A DNA stretch of 16,582 nucleotides from contig JAYUVP010000037.1 of the NCBI GenBank assembly GCA_043753995.1, positions 1 through 16,582 of the forward strand. The letters run 5' to 3'. Position numbers and translations under genes: made by a program. Source of the stretch: Fibrobacterota bacterium (GTDB taxonomy: Bacteria; Fibrobacterota; Fibrobacteria; UBA11236). The first letter of the stretch is position 1, and each line of letters begins with the position of its first letter. The notes under the pieces are model-generated. The model was not told the origin of the DNA. It ran no database searches and worked only from the letters and a program-made list of their open reading frames with translations. Below are positions 16,001-16,582 of the stretch, one piece after another.

Positions 16001-16465
16001 CTCGAACCTGAAAAGCAAAGTCTCAAGGATTTCGCCGAAGGCGTATTGCACATTTCCGAATCCCAACGCCAATGTGCTTTGCAATATTTCGAAGACGGAA
16101 GCATTGAAGCGGCTTGCCCTCCCCTGAATGCCCTTTTGCATATCATGGCGCATGGCCATTGGAATGGAATGGACCGTAGCGCCCCCGAATTCCGCGCCAT
16201 GTTCACGCTCGAATCCCTTTTAGCTAGCGACTGGTATGCCGGTCGCTTGAAAAAGCAGCAGGAACGCGATGTGGCGCTTTGGGAAAGGCATGCCGGCTAT
16301 TTACGGCATTTCATTACCGCCGAACACAATCGCAAAAGCATCAAGGAATTGGGACTCAAGGCGCGCTTACAATATTGCCTCGAAAAATTAGATGCCGCTC
16401 TGAAGCCTGATTATTGGCAAACCCTGAAAGGCACGCTTGGTGCGGATCCCTTGGTGGTAAACTAA
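13001..16465 (+). CDS. PPi-dependent phosphoenolpyruvate carboxykinase (PEP carboxytransphosphorylase)
   Basis: 1154 aa from ATG 13001 with a GGAGG SD (alternative in-frame ATG at 12905). Family motifs include SYRVLNGVLHNPASDKRTTKGTFH, NLDFVESIFGNAGDP, ADNYYGYCKKEVKTQ, EEEHSGGA, the P-loop CHKPSTVSGGGKSEISKS, RLFQRPDDA and GKSPSTTGAGSEGALTKGPFNA. Confidence 0.9.
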   Translation: MQAKETLGFIDNKSSVPGLKDVLPIIQLKLMATGLAPYPDPNQSEFIDHSSDLIRKIQSKFRASPEPLCPVDMRIQNWLERHFFDCVVPGKLQLPTRTLHMDFHGLARTLSLPPDKDEFVSPLLSSYRVLNGVLHNPASDKRTTKGTFHVAEGGLPIPGDKLAIPKTTYALMLWHAFNPPEYLLELPFTSTLKKPSSVFTSLYLRPMVSPEVNGLAPYKDMEVRFFAPGTLISNLDFVESIFGNAGDPFLPENDAALDVEHFSGVTGCVILAPQLVKLTKKELGLPKWQDATPAQRKQGMCWKEADEKYNGGNAFKATFRTDEGLIITLLADNYYGYCKKEVKTQLSFAANFIGRSEEEHSGGALVFPSYNLGDFTLKNAAFIQRDGYSFKQVSKMFADIMVIKPDGYGVDRQFPQVIYLPETAEISLLDQNIRWEHAGEDVNLRLLPNHTYIFPTGYKVRMEKHPGAKTWRLVGTVAEGTLCHKPSTVSGGGKSEISKSVTDSILYKNVYVSDFKKDFDLVEKIINHDFSERFLEKFKKRTTSRPILSPQRSLGSVVRLLTPSYEYTDEYNSWLKRIPHHIKSLVHIIKRNYRTEWGGDWRSHFSVDVTDGRPGNELNFKHRRMVGSYLKVGTDEEGAWRVFRLRTDFIPADKLQTEDDITAAIVLPDSRETAYETEKIGKAPDAFKFVANCEWRLFQRPDDAVHRGFDKQAEADIAKRTNFISNFEPLKSSDASTMVEHIIEFDKFTTPMRELVEEAASKERGYFVSSAHPRIVNGKPSANVRYLQDRPDVVNPMQTYVAEVGWRLRRKLPTSEPVRFPVDAVLMGRRNNPADHKTGIKALAVYNPLHFQELPEAFMDFIASLSGKSPSTTGAGSEGALTKGPFNAIWTTADLNNTLVSYILTGLQAFSTPAGHIGVRYKVDHDISLFIPELWSRLNPGERDAHTLIEKGYLEPVQDFQFGKKKIEASRLGYRINTRFLHAYAGRVFSDPISAFPIDMLEPEKQSLKDFAEGVLHISESQRQCALQYFEDGSIEAACPPLNALLHIMAHGHWNGMDRSAPEFRAMFTLESLLASDWYAGRLKKQQERDVALWERHAGYLRHFITAEHNRKSIKELGLKARLQYCLEKLDAALKPDYWQTLKGTLGADPLVVN

Positions 16466-16471
16466 TCCATA

Positions 16472-16582
16472 GCAACGCTAACTACGGGGCATTTTGCCTG
16501 TGGGGGCGTTGCGGGGGTGGCAATGCCCACCCCCGTAGAAGGGGGTAGCGGAGGCCACGCGCTACGGGGCCGAAGCGAGGGG
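16472..16582. repeat. GC-rich multi-hairpin element (REP/MITE-like or structured ncRNA), truncated by the window end
   Basis: Stems GCAACGC/GCGTTGC (16472-16512), GCGGGGGTGG/CCACCCCCGT (16511-16536) and GTAGCG/CGCTAC (16545-16565). Direct repeat CTACGGGGC at 16482 and 16562. Confidence 0.65.

Noticed and set aside
16472..16582. CRISPR array or simple intrinsic terminator at the right edge
   Set aside because: No regularly spaced repeats of CRISPR length with spacers, no cas genes, and no U-tract after the hairpins.

Overview
A gene-dense bacterial chromosomal segment, mostly housekeeping, with no recognisable transposase, integrase, CRISPR array, tRNA or rRNA. Gene order: two tandem PilT/PilU-family retraction ATPases (the first with an N-terminal extension); a small hypothetical protein behind a sigma-54-like motif; ketopantoate reductase (minus); rpmG-HIT-hemB; a transglutaminase-like protein; a DHA2 MFS exporter (minus); an orphan membrane-anchored anti-sigma-like protein; topoisomerase IV parE-parC; a ~1150-aa PPi-dependent PEP carboxykinase; and a GC-rich multi-hairpin element cut by the window end. 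The gene styles suggest an FCB-group organism, possibly Fibrobacterota (inference only). The best leads are: (1) the PilT pair, with reciprocal loss of the two His-box histidines and a degenerate MshEN-like domain on the first copy; (2) the small hypothetical gene with a -24/-12 motif; (3) the structured non-coding elements flanking the PEPCK gene; (4) apparently leaderless promoters on several genes. I cannot demonstrate a wholly new system from sequence alone.
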